A stretch of 64,000 nt of DNA. Origin: Rhizophagus irregularis. Lineage: Eukaryota. Below, in pieces: positions 1 through 14,279 of this stretch (the stretch's first letter is position 1; each line of letters begins with the position of its first letter). The stretch spans positions 2,666,001-2,730,000 of the forward strand of contig NC_089433.1 of the NCBI RefSeq assembly GCF_026210795.1. Reading direction: 5' to 3'. The notes below the pieces were generated by a model. The model saw only the letters and a program-made list of their open reading frames with translations. It ran no database searches and had not been told where the DNA came from. Position numbers and translations under genes: made by a program.

Positions 1-2639
1 TATAAACCTGTAAAAGAATTTCTAACAAGCATTGAATTTCGGGAATTGGTAAATAAAATAGATAAAGCTTTTATCGTATCACAACTCAAAGCATTCCTTA
101 AAAAGCGAGATTTAGATTATAAACTAAAGAAAGTTAAGTTAATTGAAAAATTAATTTCCGAAGTTTGGAAAGTTGAAATAAAAGTTGAGGAACAATGTTA
201 GTGATTCTCAAAAGTGGAATATTTTTTCTTTGTCGTAATTAACTTATTATATCCTTATATCTTTTATAACATATTTAGATATACAAGCTAAGCCAATTGA
301 TTTATTTTTCATGCTTGGACCAGGTTGATCTTATGTATTTACTTTAGAATAATCTTTATTTTGATATCTTTCTAAATTGTTGGAATCGATTTTTACACTG
401 CCGTCATTTAATATTTTGATTTCAAGATGGGAAAACTTTACGGGAATTAGAAAGTCAATCCAATGTTAAAATTAAAATTGACTTAAAAAATTTATCATAC
501 ACAATTGCTGGTTCTCCGCAAGATATTGAAAAAGCCAAAGATATGATCAAAAGAGTTACGGTATTTATTGTAAGGCAATTATTTTTATTGTTATATTTAC
601 CATAGCTAATTTTGATTTTTATTGTCTTTATAAGTCTTATCAGTCCGTTACTATGGAATTACCTTCTCACATTAAAAATAATAATAAGAGTTTGCAAGAG
701 ATTCCGTTTGTGCAAGATATCTGCATGTCATTGAGAATATTTATCGAGGTTGATACAAACAAACAGGTACTTTGTTTCAAATTATAACATCTTTTATTTC
801 TTGAAGTTCTTATAAATTCTGTTATTTCCGCATCAAATTGCTATACAGTTGATTATTTCAGGACCATTGCAACAAAATATCAAGGAAGCATCAAGATTAC
901 TTAATTTTGCTTGGCACCAGGTAAAACTCATCACTTTAATTAATATTGTATGGGTAAATTATCTAATAAATATTTTATAATATTTTTCAAGCCTGATCAA
1001 AATGAAACAGATTTGCTCTTGTGTAACGACACAGCGAATTTTAATGAATACAGTTTTTTCCCTATTCACGATTCCGAGACCATGTCTTTATATAACCGAT
1101 ACCTTAATTGGCATCGAGTTGGTAGAGTTGGTCCAAAAGTGGTGCGTGCTTGAAATACGGATCTATCCTATTTAAATCATAACATGTCATTATAGTAATC
1201 TTAGTGGTAGTTCTAATTTTTGATAGGCCAATGAGTCAACTTTAAGTGATCGCTTACATATTTTATACGAAAGCAAAAGGTAACTATGTCTATCAATTTA
1301 ATTATTTCCATTATGTTGCGTTTATATATTATATTTCTGAATCTAGTTTCTCGGAGGGGACTTCTTCACGGTTTCTTAATATACAAAACAATTTAACAAA
1401 CTTGAACAAACTCGGCATTTTTCTGTTCGATTTTTTAAAAGAGAGCCAACCAGCTAAATCGAAATTTGAAATTTGTTCCGTGTAAGATTTACAACACGTG
1501 TTTTTATATAATATGCTTTTTATAAATTTTAACGAATTTTCATTAGATTTGGATATAATATTTTTCATGACGAGAAAAATGTCGAAAAAAATTTATTTGT
1601 TCCCCCATTATCTGACAATTTCTCTTATAAAATGCTTGAAGAGTGGATCAAAGAAAATAGTCATTTAAGAACCTTCCTTCCTAGGTGATTACTATGTCAT
1701 GTCTCAATTCATAACACAATTGTTATTAATTAATTGTTTAATATTCAGCTACCCGAATTCAAATTTCTTGAATTCTTTGAAGATGCCTATAATTAAATTT
1801 CAAGAATTTGTTCAATTTGATTATATTCCGTTAAAATCAAATTCTTATTCATCTTACGAAAGATTAAGTATATTGCTAGAGGTTAATGATTTTGCATTTA
1901 AATTTAAAGAAGCGACTTTGTGTAAAGAACGGTTATTAGCCGATCTACTATTGATGGATTGGTAAGACTGTTGAAGATAATGACATTTCGCTGCTAATTA
2001 TTTGATTTTAACGTTATTTATAGTCCAACAGATTTACGATTGTCTGCAATGATTAAAGAATCAGTCGATGACTCACTGAACACGAATGATTTTATAAAAG
2101 AATGTTTATATAAAAGGTATTTCTAACATAACAATGATGCGAGGTATATATCATTAATCCTTAAATTGTTATTATAGTGCTCGAGATATTCTATGTCCTA
2201 AAGAATATGTATTCAGTCTCAATAGTAAAGGAGAAAAAATAAAGGTTCCGTATAATCTTGAACGTATGAAGTTATATACAACTAGTTATTATGATCATAA
2301 TGGATTTACTCTCACAATAAGCAAGATTTCAGAACTAGAAACAAGTATTGTCAGGCCAGAGATTAAGGTAAAGTATTTAATCAACTTCTATCATTTTATA
2401 AAAATTTATTAACTTTTGTTCTTTTTTAGTTGATTTATAAACCAACAAGTATATCAAACTCACAAACTATTGAAAACTTATTTAATTCCTCTTCTGAATT
2501 AAATAAAAAAGAGGAAAATGAGAATCACGAACTTACTTCGGAAACAAAAATTAGTAATGAAAAGAATGATAGTTATTCAGAACAATGGAAAATATTCATT
2601 TTAACTTCATTAGAAATTATTAATGATATAGGAAAATAA
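1..2639 (+). CDS. 5'-truncated multi-exon gene, Sls1-like mitochondrial inner-membrane/KH-fold protein
   Basis: Frame-1 exon reads ...IDKAFIVSQLKAFLKKRDLDYKLKKVKLIEKLISEVWKVEI, followed by a KH-like segment DGKTLRELESQSNVKIKIDLKNLSYTIAGSPQDIEKAKDMIKRV. About 12 GT-AG introns; last exon ends at TAA 2639. Family call is by recalled resemblance only. Confidence 0.5.
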
Positions 2640-3066
2640 ATCATTAGAACGCACCCTTATTTTTATGAATAATTCAATTTTTGATTGTTGTGAATAGCTT
2701 GAAACAATTAACTTATCCTTCATTTTTAACAATTTTCACTCGTTCATCTTTATTACGCGTGTTACGAGTTATCGCATGGATCAATTTATATTTTTCGGAA
2801 GACAAATTGTAACAAAATAAAGAAATTACAAATATCGAAGAACATTCCCAGCGCAGCACAAGAAAATTTTTTATACTTTAGCAGCGAAATACATCACATT
2901 GTCTGTAGCGTGTAAGATTTATGAATCAAAACCTATTTACTATCTATCTGATTATTTTTGGGATAAAATATCTCTCTTAATTATACATTATTTAACCGGT
3001 ATCGTTAAGAGAGAATATTATAAAACTTACAGTATATAACTTCTTGGCGGGTATTTATAGAAAACT

Positions 3067-5520
3067 TTAAAGTAATTGTCGCTGAACTCCATTTGTAATC
3101 ATAAAGATAAATATTATAATTATAAAAATTAATATAACTATAAAGAAAAGAAGATTTATAATTAATTAAATGTTAATTATGATTCTTAGTTTTTTATATA
3201 CATACCTCCTAAAATCATTCTACATTGAGCAAGAATCTTTGACGATTTTTTTTCAAATTCAACTTGATTTTTCAACTTCTTTAACTGTATTTCAAAATTA
3301 ACAAAAGAAAGCAAGCACATAAATTATATAGTAAATGCTAATAATTTAATATATGTAGTTATTAATTATACATACAATTTCTTGATGATGTTTTAATTTT
3401 TCACTTTTATCATGAATACGTGTATGAATTGAAGTTAATTTATCAGCTATTTCTTGAGTAGTTTGATCTGCCAAATTAATAGTTTCTTCCATTTCTTTTG
3501 TTGATCTTGACTTAGTCATCAATATGTTTTCATCCAAATCCTAAAATTAAATTATCTTTTAATTTAAGATCATACATACAATCAAAGCGATTGCCATTTT
3601 TCTTTTAAAGACTACCTTTGCACGTCTGTCCAAATCACGACATTTATGTATATTTGAATCAAGTTCCTTTGCTTTTCGTATAAGTGTTTCCTATGAAATT
3701 AGAATAAGTATTACGTTAACTTTCCCTTAATAAAAATGAAATTTAAAAATTAGACTCACGCGCAAATTGTCAATGTTATTTTCATATTGACTACAACGAT
3801 TTGCTAACTCTTTAATTAATTCAACAAAATCTGTAGGACCAATATCTTCATCTTCGCTATCAATTTCTTCATCTTCACCAGATTCAGAATCTGATGATTG
3901 TACTGTAATCGAGTCGTTAAATGATTGATTCAATACGTAATAAATTAATCTCATACGATGAAACTTACCAGAGGATTTTTTCGTATCACCAAAAAATCTT
4001 ACAGTATTTAAAAATTTTCTTTTTTCCTCTAAAAAATAAGTTCCAAGAGTAAAATTTTCTTGTCTCGCTTGGATTTTAAATATGTTCATATGTTTATCTA
4101 AAGTATAATAATTAACTATGATATATATTTATTTAATTATTTCGCTTATCGGATGTTTATATAATCTAATAATTAAATTATATAATAACTCACCAGTGTC
4201 ATTTTCTGCTATAAGATGTATATCATCAATTGAGCAAAGTTTTTTATATTCAACATCTTTAAACCTGTCAGACGCACAATCCTTAAATGTCTTAAATTTT
4301 TTATTTTGATTCATCGATTCTCTTCCACCAAAATTTTCTTTTTCTTCTTCAACAAAGTCATTATTAATACCTTCTACTGTTAAATTACTTTCATCATCAG
4401 AAAATTTTTTAAAATGTTCTATACACCAAACGTGTTCTTTAGAATTATTGTTATCGTCAACAATATGATAATATAAAACAAAATTTTCTATCTTAAAAAC
4501 TAAAAAATTTTCAACCTCATTTTTTTCTGTTAAATTTTTAAAAATAAAAATTATTGGAAAATCAATAAATTTTGGTATACTTCCCAATTTCATTTGTACA
4601 GAAAGTCTTTTTTCAGAATCGGTTTGATATAAAGAAGGAGGTTTAGAATGTTGTATTATACTTGTAATTTGATCATAAGGAATTGACTGTAATAAATTTG
4701 ATTTATTATTCCTTGATGGTGAATAAAATGTAGCTACATTGTCAAAATTCATAATATTGCGAAATGATGGTGATTTTATATTAAAAGATTTTTGCTTTTT
4801 TTTTTAACAATTTACTATGTTTAATATTTGTAGGTGAAGTAGCAAAGGTAGTACTTGTTTGCGATTTAATCGTTGATGTTCTTGGGGACATGGATACAGG
4901 GGAATGAAATAATATGCCATCTTCGCCAAAGTATCCATCATTGTTATTACTATTAATATTATTGATTGGTTGCGTGGTTAAATTTATTTTTGGCTGTAAT
5001 TTTCTTAAGCGACTAAAAGAATTATTAATATTGTGGTTTTGTGGTGATAATTTTTTTGAAAGATCTGGCATCGATGCATTACTATTACTTAGCAAAGAAA
5101 AATGATGTCGAGGTGTTGAAGGAGTAGATGATGATTCTGCCGATGATAAATATATCGTCGGTATCTGATTCATTTTATTGTTTTGTGGTGTAATATCTGT
5201 ACGAGTATCAATCACAATATAAAATATTTTTCAGCATACAAAATATACAAAGTGCAATTTTTCAGACTCTTAAAAAAACAAGGCCTACCGTGTTCGTCCG
5301 CACTAGATCCACCACTATCAGAAATACCTTTTACATTAAGTTGTCTTTGGAACCTTGGTATTTTAGCTGTTATATTACGAACAACTCTTTTTTTCTTACC
5401 AGAAGAAACCGCATTATGTCGAGTATTTGAAGAAGTTGGGCTTGATAATGCACTTGCCGCATTATCAATATTTGTATTAACATCAGTATTAATCGTTATC
5501 GTAGGTAATGATTTTGACAT
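3067..5520 (-). CDS. Hypothetical protein: S/T-rich N-terminus, acidic patch, C-terminal coiled coil and single terminal transmembrane helix
   Basis: ORFs 5212-5574, 4781-5215, 4129-4752, 3727-4089 and 3346-3537 can be joined by GT-AG introns. The last exons give ...AQCRMILGVILIFIIIIFIFMITNGVQRQLL*. First in-frame ATG is at 5520. Confidence 0.7.
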
Positions 5521-5654
5521 TAAAGCTGTGATAGATTTTTCACGATTGATATGTGCAACCAAACTGGATTCCAAAATAATATTAGGTGGCCCGTGCGTAA
5601 GTACAACATGAAGTATCTTTTTTTTTTAAAAAAAAAAAAATATTTGGGATTATA

Positions 5655-6988
5655 ATGTTGAAGAAAATGTACGTTTCAACACAGTTCAAATTTCCGTTTT
5701 ACTTTAATAACTAACAATAAAATTGGTATTTCATAATTTGGTATTATAGCAAGCCAAAAAATGCACGCTCGAAAAGAGCTTTACAAAAACGAGAACCAAA
5801 AATTGAAGAAAATGTAAAGAAAGCAATTTTTATTCGAAGTAGCTCAACAAATCAAATAGTGAATGAAGCATTATCAGACTTAGTAAGTGTAAATGTTCTA
5901 TTTTTATATTCAATTTTATTAACCTCTCCATTTTTTCTCTTTTTTATCCTTATGGTTTATATCAAAATGGATAATAGTGTAAATTAAAAAAACCGGACGC
6001 GATAAATTTTACTAAAAAGAATAACACAATACATCCATTTGATGACGACACTTCATTAAATTTTTTTTATGAAAAAAATGATACTTCATTGTTTGTTATT
6101 GGTTCTCATTCAAAAAAACGTCCGAACAATTTAACTTTTATTAGAATGTTTGATGGTCAAATACTCGATATGGTTGAAGTTGGTATTGAAAATGCTAAAC
6201 CGTTAAGTGAATTCAAGGTAAACTTATCTTTAACTAAAATAACTAAAAGAAATTGCTTTTTCTAGTAATTATTAATTAGAGTACTCACAATACTCACACA
6301 AAATATGATATACTTTCATAGACTTCAAAATGTGCTATTGGAATAAAACCTTTGTTTTTATTTGTCGGTGATTTATTTGAAAATTCTTTAGTATATAAAA
6401 CTTTTAAAAATATGTTACTAGACTTTTATCATGGCCAAACTGTGAAGAATATTAATTTATCAGGTTTAGAACACGTTATCTCCGTTACAGCTATTGATTC
6501 TTCAGAACAATCAAATGATCCTAGAGCTATGCCAGGAATTATTTATTTTAGGGTATATACCATACAATATAAAAAATCTGGTGAAAAAACCCCGAGAGTT
6601 GAGTTAGAAGAAATGGGTCCAAGTTATAATTTTAGAATTAGAAGATTTAAATTTGCTAATGATGATGTTTATAAATTTTCCACAAAAGTCCCTAAAATTA
6701 ATAAGGTATTTTTTTAGAGTAATGTTTCTTCTTAAAAATGATGTAATGAAAAATTCTAATACGAATGTTTTTACTTTATTTATTTTTTAGCCAAAGAAAA
6801 TCAAAAATATTGATGTTAATGAAATGGGTGATAAAATTGGTCGTATTCATCTTGGCAAACAAGATTTAAGCAAATTACAAACAAGAAAAATGAAAGGTCT
6901 TAAACGCACTACTGATGATTATACAGAAGATGATCTTGAAGAGATGGAAGACGTTGTTCCTTCAATCAAAAAGCAAAAGTCCTCTTAA
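5655..6988 (+). CDS. RPF2: Ribosome biogenesis Brix-domain protein Rpf2
   Basis: Motifs PKNARSKRAL, HPFDD, GSHSKKRPNNLTFIRMFD, PRVELEEMGP and GRIHLGKQDLSKLQTRKMKGLK across 5 exons. Confidence 0.95.
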
Positions 6989-7113
6989 CATTTTTTTTCG
7001 GTTATTAGCATAATTTTTTTTTCATTCGATAACATAAACATAGAAAGCAAAAACTGAATAAAAAATCCTAAATAATAGCAGGTAGTGATACAAGTTGAAA
7101 AAAAATTTTTTTT

Positions 7114-8310
7114 TTAAGCGATAAAAGGAATCATAGCTTTACGATTTTTTGGATAATCCTTAAATTCTTTACAGTAACTTTTATGTTTCTTTAATGCCCA
7201 TAGAAACATCTGAGTAGATCCTGCTGCAAGAAATAGCCAAGCTTCAATACAATGAAAAATTAATTATTAGTAGTTTCAATCATTAAAACAATTCACAATA
7301 TATCAGAATTTTGATAATTACCTGCAATTGATTTGGTTAAAATGCTAACAATAAGCCACACAATTGTCTCAAATAAATAATTGGGACAAGATACCAAATT
7401 GAAACCATATCCATAAGGAATTTTACGAACGCGAGTTCCCGGCGGGCGAAGATTGCGCAGAATAATGTGAGTATAAAAATTAGAAATTTGTGCCCACTAT
7501 AGAAAGATTAAAAGAGTTCATGCGCTGGATTCTTCATAATGTAATTGTACTACGAAAAAATGACATAAATAACATACAGCAAACACTCCTGCACAAGTCC
7601 ATAAAAGCCATTCTTCGCGTTCACTGCCATGTATTCCAGCAGCATTCCAGGGACCATACACCCAATAAGCCAAGTTTATACCACTAAGAGCATGATAATG
7701 AAATGAATTTTTGAATACATTAAAGAAAGGCATAGTGCTATGTGAGAAACGGTGAACGAATAAAGTTTCGATTTCTCGTTTGATAAAATGAGCCATAATC
7801 ATATAGTACGCGATCCTATTAAAGCAACGATAAAAGAAATAAGACATGATATCAAAGCTAATTTAACTAATTTAATTTACTTACGTTTGCATTTCGCTGT
7901 GTCTAAATTCTTCTCCATAAATTTGAGACTTGAAATAATAGAATATTGGATGGATTAAAATAGGCCCAAAATATTCAATAAGAAATACAGTTCGCCAACT
8001 GATTTGTGGACCTTTAAAATTTAAATTAATATTAAATAGTAATGAATAATTCGTTTTGAAAACTTTTTTATTATTCACCTAAATCTTTAAACAAAATAGA
8101 ATCTCCTTCTTTAATGTCATAATCTTTTAGAAGTTTTCCTTCCTGTAAAACCAATTGGTTAATAGCTAAACGCTGGCGGTCAGGATAATATTTTGGTACT
8201 TCTTTATATAGAGTTTGTTTAAGCTGGTCAACAGTCGCGTCAGCTGGTATGTTAATCGTTAGAGGAAATTTTTGGGATTTCCCCGAACGAGAAACAATCT
8301 TTATTTGCAT
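7114..8310 (-). CDS. TSC13: Very-long-chain enoyl-CoA reductase (Tsc13/TECR)
   Basis: Ubiquitin-like N-terminus, [45 protein letters not shown]-terminal [13 protein letters not shown]. Confidence 0.95.
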
Positions 8311-8531
8311 TTTATAAAGAAAAGAAGAAAAAAAGGATAAGGATAAGAACGAGTAAAATTCCACATGCCTTATAATTTTTTTTTTGGATGTAGATTGAAA
8401 TAATTCGCGATCTCGTGAAAAGGAATAGATCTACACAATTATATGGATAATTTGTAATAAAAAATAAATACACATTTTAGGTAATAGAAAAACGGAATTT
8501 AACAAAAGCAAAGCTACAAAGAAAAATTAAA

Positions 8532-9344
8532 ATGGTAATTCAAAATTGCGTTTATGAAGTTTTTTCTTTTGCTAAAATTCCTCCTTTACTATAGGTTAAT
8601 TTATCCCTTTATACAACAACTGCAGTAATACTTCTCGATAGTGACGGTAATAGAATACTTGGAAAATATTATGGTACTAAGAACCCGTATCCTACAATAA
8701 AAGAACAAAAAGTTTTCGAAAAAGGATTGTTTGAAAAGACCAGAAGGGCTAATGGTAAATTTTTAATTGAAAATTCTTCAATAAACTATTTTATAAGATT
8801 TTTAAATTTTATTTATTTAAATTTTCGGTAGGCGAAATCATCCTTTATGATAACCAAGTTGTTCTTTATCGTAATAGCATTGACGTTTTTTTTTATGTTG
8901 TTGGGTCTGCGGAGGAAAATGAACTTATTTTGAGTAGTATTTTAAGCGCATTCTATGATTCCATATCAAGTTTGTTAAGGTAAATAATATGAGTCTTTTA
9001 TTCATCGAAAGATTTTAAAATTTTATTTTTTCTAATGAACAGGCATCAGGTCGAGAAAAGAACACTTGTAGATAATCTCGATCTAGTTGTTCTTACTTTG
9101 GATGAGACAATAGACGATGGGTGAGAGCGAAATAAAAATTGAAGTTTTTTAACTTCGAAAGAAATTTTAACGTTTCCTTTCACTTTTTAGAATTGTTTTA
9201 GAAACTGATTCGAACGTAATTGTTTCTCGAGTATCCCGTCTTCGCACTGACACAACGGATATTCCTATTACAGAACAAACTTTTATTCAAGTATATAATA
9301 CTGCAAGAGAAAGAGTTGCTGAGAGATTGCTAAGAGGAGTATAA
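8532..9344 (+). CDS. RET3: Coatomer subunit zeta
   Basis: Absent from the ORF track because its exons are short. ATG|intron|VNLSLYTTTAVILLDSDGNRILGKYY...FEKGLFEKT...EENELIL...DETIDDGIVLETD; stop at 9342-9344. Confidence 0.92.
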
Positions 9345-9461
9345 TATGTAAAATGTTCGTGCTAATATAATAGAACTTGTATAATTTTATTTTTAAAAGA
9401 CGAAAATTTCCCCGATTTTAATCTTGGAATATATTATGATAATCTCTCTTTACCGTATAAA

Positions 9462-9937
9462 TTACATACCTCTATAAAAATAACAAATAAAAAAAATGGT
9501 TTAGATAGATAAATAGATCAAAGCAATTTTCCTTATACGCACCTTGCTTTCATTTGTAAAACCAATTGAACCTTTTTCCTAACAGAATCCTTAAATTTTT
9601 TCTGTTCAATTTCCATTTTAATACGTTGTCTTTTTAAAAAAGGTTTTTCATAATATCTATTTCTTCTAACTTCTTGACGGATTTTATTTGAATTAAGTAT
9701 AGTCCATAATTTTCTATAACCAGCCATAACATTATTTCCTACTATAACAGTGCGACCTGCTGTAGTACTTTTATCGCCTTCTTTTGGTGCAGCTATTTGT
9801 TGAACTCTTGAATGCATAACAATTGGCGCTCTTTTAAATGGTGTTGGGATTTGTTCCGAACTTTTCGTATGTTTTGAACGAAGTAGAGCTAAAGGACGTA
9901 ATATAAGCTGTTGTTTTTTGAGAATATTGATTAACAT
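9462..9937 (-). CDS. Mitochondrial ribosomal protein bS21 (Mrp21-like)
   Basis: Basic presequence-like N-terminus, GRTVIV, RRNRYYEKPFLKRQR. A probable terminal intron gives ...KARGM* (stop 9462-9464); the unspliced stop is at 9533. Confidence 0.8.
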
Positions 9938-10104
9938 AATTAATATTACAAGAATGTTAATTCGAGTGTGAAATTATTTTTTATCGTACACGTGACAGAT
10001 TTAGATATAAGATGAATTATAAAAACTGCCAACAAGGAGAGGATTACTAAGAAACATTTTGACCATTTTGTATACCTTTCATAACCGCCGTACAAGGATA
10101 CAAA

Positions 10105-10890
10105 ATGCCAATAACACCCACATATAAATGTGTTCTTCTTGATATTGAAGGAACAACAACACCTATTTCATTTGTTCATGATCGTTTATTTTCATATGTT
10201 AAAAATAATTTAGTTAATTTCCTGAACGAAAATTGGAATTCACTCGAGTTACAAGAACAAATTCAATTATTAAGAGAACAAGCAATGAAAGATGTGAACA
10301 ATAATTTATCTGATGTAATTCTTGTTCCAGAGGTACAACAACAAGGAAAAAAAACTAATGAAGAAGAAATTAAAAAAGCTATTATACAAAATATTCAATG
10401 GCAAATGAAAATCAATAGAAAAATAGGCGCGTTTAAATCATTCCAAGGATTTATGTGGGAATCAGGTTATGAATCAGGAGAACTAAAAGGAGAAATATTT
10501 GATGATGTATTAGATGCATTAAAAAAGTGGAAAGAAAGTGGAATTAAAATATATATATATTCATCTGGCAGCATTTCAGCACAAAAGTCTTTATTTAAAA
10601 ATTCTGATAAAGGTGACTTAACAGAATATATTGATGGTTATTTCGATACTTCTATTGGAAGTAAAATTGAAAAATCTAGTTATGTGAATATTGCTAAAGA
10701 AATTCAATTGGAACCTAGGGATATCTTATTTCTCAGTGATAATGTTAAAGAAATAATTTCTGCCAAATCTGTTTGTTATCAAGCTGCTATTATTGAGCGT
10801 AAAAACAATATGCCTTTGTCCGATGATGACCGTAAAAATAATATTATTTTTACAGATTTTCTTCAAATATTTTCTTATTTGTTTTTATAA
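10105..10890 (+). CDS. UTR4: Enolase-phosphatase E1 (methionine salvage, HAD family), intronless
   Basis: LLDIEGTTTPISFV, YIYSSGS, GYFDT, ILFLSDN. Confidence 0.95.
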   Translation: MPITPTYKCVLLDIEGTTTPISFVHDRLFSYVKNNLVNFLNENWNSLELQEQIQLLREQAMKDVNNNLSDVILVPEVQQQGKKTNEEEIKKAIIQNIQWQMKINRKIGAFKSFQGFMWESGYESGELKGEIFDDVLDALKKWKESGIKIYIYSSGSISAQKSLFKNSDKGDLTEYIDGYFDTSIGSKIEKSSYVNIAKEIQLEPRDILFLSDNVKEIISAKSVCYQAAIIERKNNMPLSDDDRKNNIIFTDFLQIFSYLFL

Positions 10891-11768
10891 ACACGTAAAA
10901 CACTAGTATGTCACATGTAATCCCATAATCTTATAATTCTTTAATATTATTTAGCCTGATTGGAAAATTTTCATTATGCTAAATGCTAAATCATTACAAT
11001 ATGTGTAATTATACTGCAAAGTTTGTCAAGATAACTTGCAGTTTCCATGGCACATTATATTAATTGGCAGGGTATCTGAGAGCTGTAACACTATATCTGT
11101 TGTTCCAGATGTTGTTTTAGCTTATTTCACATCTGCTACAAATAAATTTACTTATATATATTTTCATTTTTTATCTCATAAATATAAGTAATCTTTAAAA
11201 ATTTATATTGTACATCATTATATTTTTATATATTATATTATCTTAATACTTATATAATATTTGCCAGTTATAAAGAATATTATTTATTATTTTTAAGTTT
11301 CATTCATTCTGAAAAGTTAGTTATAATTTGAAATATATGTATAGAAAAAATTCAAAAAAGCAATTTGCATATACTTCAGTAAACGATATTTATAAAGTAT
11401 CTATTTTATTATTACTATATAAAATTTTTTACTTGTTTATTTACTTTATTTTCTAATAATATTATAATATTTTGTTGAAGATATATAATACCCTTAATTA
11501 TCATGGGAATATTGAAAAAATATATATATATTGTTTATAATTAAATACAAACGAATGATATGATCTGATTTTTTTTTATGAATATACATGTTAACCTTAT
11601 ATATACAATTAAAGGACAGTTTATATACTTTTATTTTTATTTGTGTTTTTGTTTATTATTTTTTAGAGGTGTTACATCTGAAATTAAAGAAATAAATGAT
11701 TTGTCACATCACTCAAGAATATAATGGTAGGCTATAAATAAATTCATACAACTACTTGCTTGAGTAGT

Positions 11769-14279
11769 TTAATCGTTGCTTTCATCCCAAGAAGTAATCC
11801 AGGCATGATAAAGAATATTTGGAAGTTGAAGAATATCCGTCTTTCTCTTATGGCCATGACGCAACTTTCTGAATTGCTGGTTTACAACGTAGCTTCGAGC
11901 AACTCCTTCTGGAGAAACAAAGTCAACTGCGGCTTTGACACAGCTCGTATAATTACAAACTTGATGTGCACATCCTGCGGGAACAAAGACGACATCACCA
12001 GGGTTTTGGAATACTCTAATATTAAAACAAAAAAGTCTCTTATAAAATGAGTAAAAAAAAAGATAGAGAATTCTACAACTTACCTCCATCCCGTAACACC
12101 CTCTTCGGAAGCCAATCGACTTCTCAGTTCTTTGTCCAAATAGAAACATTGGTCATGTATAGGGTGGTTAATCGACAATCCGTGTTCCTTTGCAATTTTC
12201 CTTAAGAATCTTCTTACTCTTGGAAGGTCAGCTGGATGATATAAATCCCAGACTGCTGCTGCTGTTTTATCCCGTTCTTCTTCTAAGCGATTTTCAACGC
12301 TCGGAGCATATGCCATCATATTAACTGCATCGGTCATATCAAGATGAAGGTTTGTAGTACCTTTGCCACCTACGTTATCTTCAGAACCATAAGCATTGTA
12401 CATCTTTGGACCAAGATCAGGACGATTAATCTCTAATGGCAATCTGTGAGCCAGGTTCAAAACTCCACTACGAGTTGTATATTCTTTAAATGGCAAAGAA
12501 TTATAGAAGTCTTTATAATGTTCTGGGAACGTTTCTGCGAAATCATCTGCTGGAGGCCAGTCCTATTTAGTACCGAATATGTAAAAAAAATTAATTAGGC
12601 AAATTCAAAAAAAAAAAATTGTTAAAAACAAAAAAAAATACTTTTAATTTTAGGCATGGACAAATTCCAGCTTTGTTCACGAATCGACTACTGATATCTT
12701 CAAAGCCCTTAAAGAATGTTTTAACATCCATTTTATACTCGACATTCTCCTTGACATCGATTACCGTACAATCTTTATCACCATAATGTTCAATGAAATA
12801 GTTTGGTCTCCAAATTTTTTCTTCTAATTTATCCGCGCCTCTGATCACGAAAGGATACCCTCTTTTCCAAAGATCTCTGAAGGTATCCTCGGTCATTTCG
12901 CTAGCTGCATATTCAATCTTCTTATGTTCATCATGTAATTGGAGAGTACGATTATGACGATCCTGTGATGATGTAGAAAAGCCGTTATCTTGATTTAATA
13001 CTGACATAGCGGAATCCTCAACATCAAATGATGTTTTTTTAGATGTTCTGGATTGCCGACGTCGAACTACAACTCTTGAACTTTCCGCAGGTTGAGTAAC
13101 TTCCGAACTTTCTACTGATTGGTTCGCAGTATCATCATCGGGCAATTCTTCTCCGTCTAAATCAGAACTATCCTCGTCGTCAAGGATCATCTGGTTACAT
13201 TGATCAGAAAGTCGATTAATTTCTTCTTTTGTATAATGATAAATAGGCACCAATTGTTCCTTGTAATGCCGCCTTTTATGAGAACACCTTCCGGCCTCTT
13301 TGAACGAATCATCAGAATCATTCCATTCTTCGTAACAAGAAAGACAATATTCCTTTCCGCAAACACAGCACATCCAATATCCACTGAATATTGTTGTTTG
13401 ACAAGAATCACACAATTGACAGATGTTACGGTCTGGAAATTTGCGGATTTTTGCCATTTCAAGATGTGGAAGTTCCTTTTTAAGAAATTTCATAAACGTT
13501 GGTGCGATCAAGTCTATTATAAGAAAGAAAACAGCAAGTTGATTTTTGCCAAATATTAATTAATTGGGACCTGTTTCCGTTTACTTACCAAGAACGCGAA
13601 CATTTTTGACTTCGTCTTCACTTACACCAATCTCATAAGTTGATTTGGGGTCAGGGCCTTCTGCAGACTTAAATTCTGGGCCATATACTAATTTGCCTTT
13701 TCTTTGTCCGAACACCCGTATGTCAATGAACCGACACTTATCCGACTTCTTGGCCAAGCCTAAATTATCATTAAAAAATTAAATAAATGGAAATAATAAT
13801 TGACTTACAAATACTTACATGCGGTACATCTTTCAGAACTACTTACATGCGGTGCATTTTTCAAAACAACAGTATCTTGCTGAGAAGCAACGCCCTTGTT
13901 GGACGTGCTTCTTACCTGGCACCGGTCGGACTTTGATTAAATCAGCATTCTTGACCAATTTCTTCCGAGCTTCATCTTCGTCACTTTCGGGGTCAAACTT
14001 TCGCTTGGACCCCGCAGGCTCTGCAACTTTTCTTTTCTTTGACCGCCCAACGGGAACATCAATAGCTTTTCTCTTGTCACCAGTTTCAATAAGCTTTTCG
14101 TTTTTTACGATTTTTTTATTCTTTGGTCTTCCAGCCTTCTTTCGTTGTTTCATAGGAGCAGGAGTGTAGAACTCTGTTGTCTTCCTTGTTCGCCGTGGTC
14201 TCTTTGAACTTCCAACAGCTGCCATTTCAGCTGTATCGGATTGAGTTTCAGTAGTGGACCCAATTTCTTGATCAGACAT
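11769..14279 (-). CDS. KDM3/JHDM2-type JmjC histone (H3K9) demethylase with Cys-rich zinc finger
   Basis: CQLCDSCQTTIFSGYWMCCVCGKEYCLSC, LKLKDWPP, RPDLGPKMYNAYG, GTTNLHLDMTDAVN (HxD), PIHDQ, QNPGDVVFVPAGCAHQV, DFVSPE. Confidence 0.92.

Noticed and set aside
4735..4815. Apparent frameshift at an A10 run between ORFs 4781-5215 and 4129-4752
   Set aside because: A phase-compatible GTAAAT...TGTAG intron of about 80 nt restores the frame, and a homopolymer error is equally possible; there is no support for programmed frameshifting.
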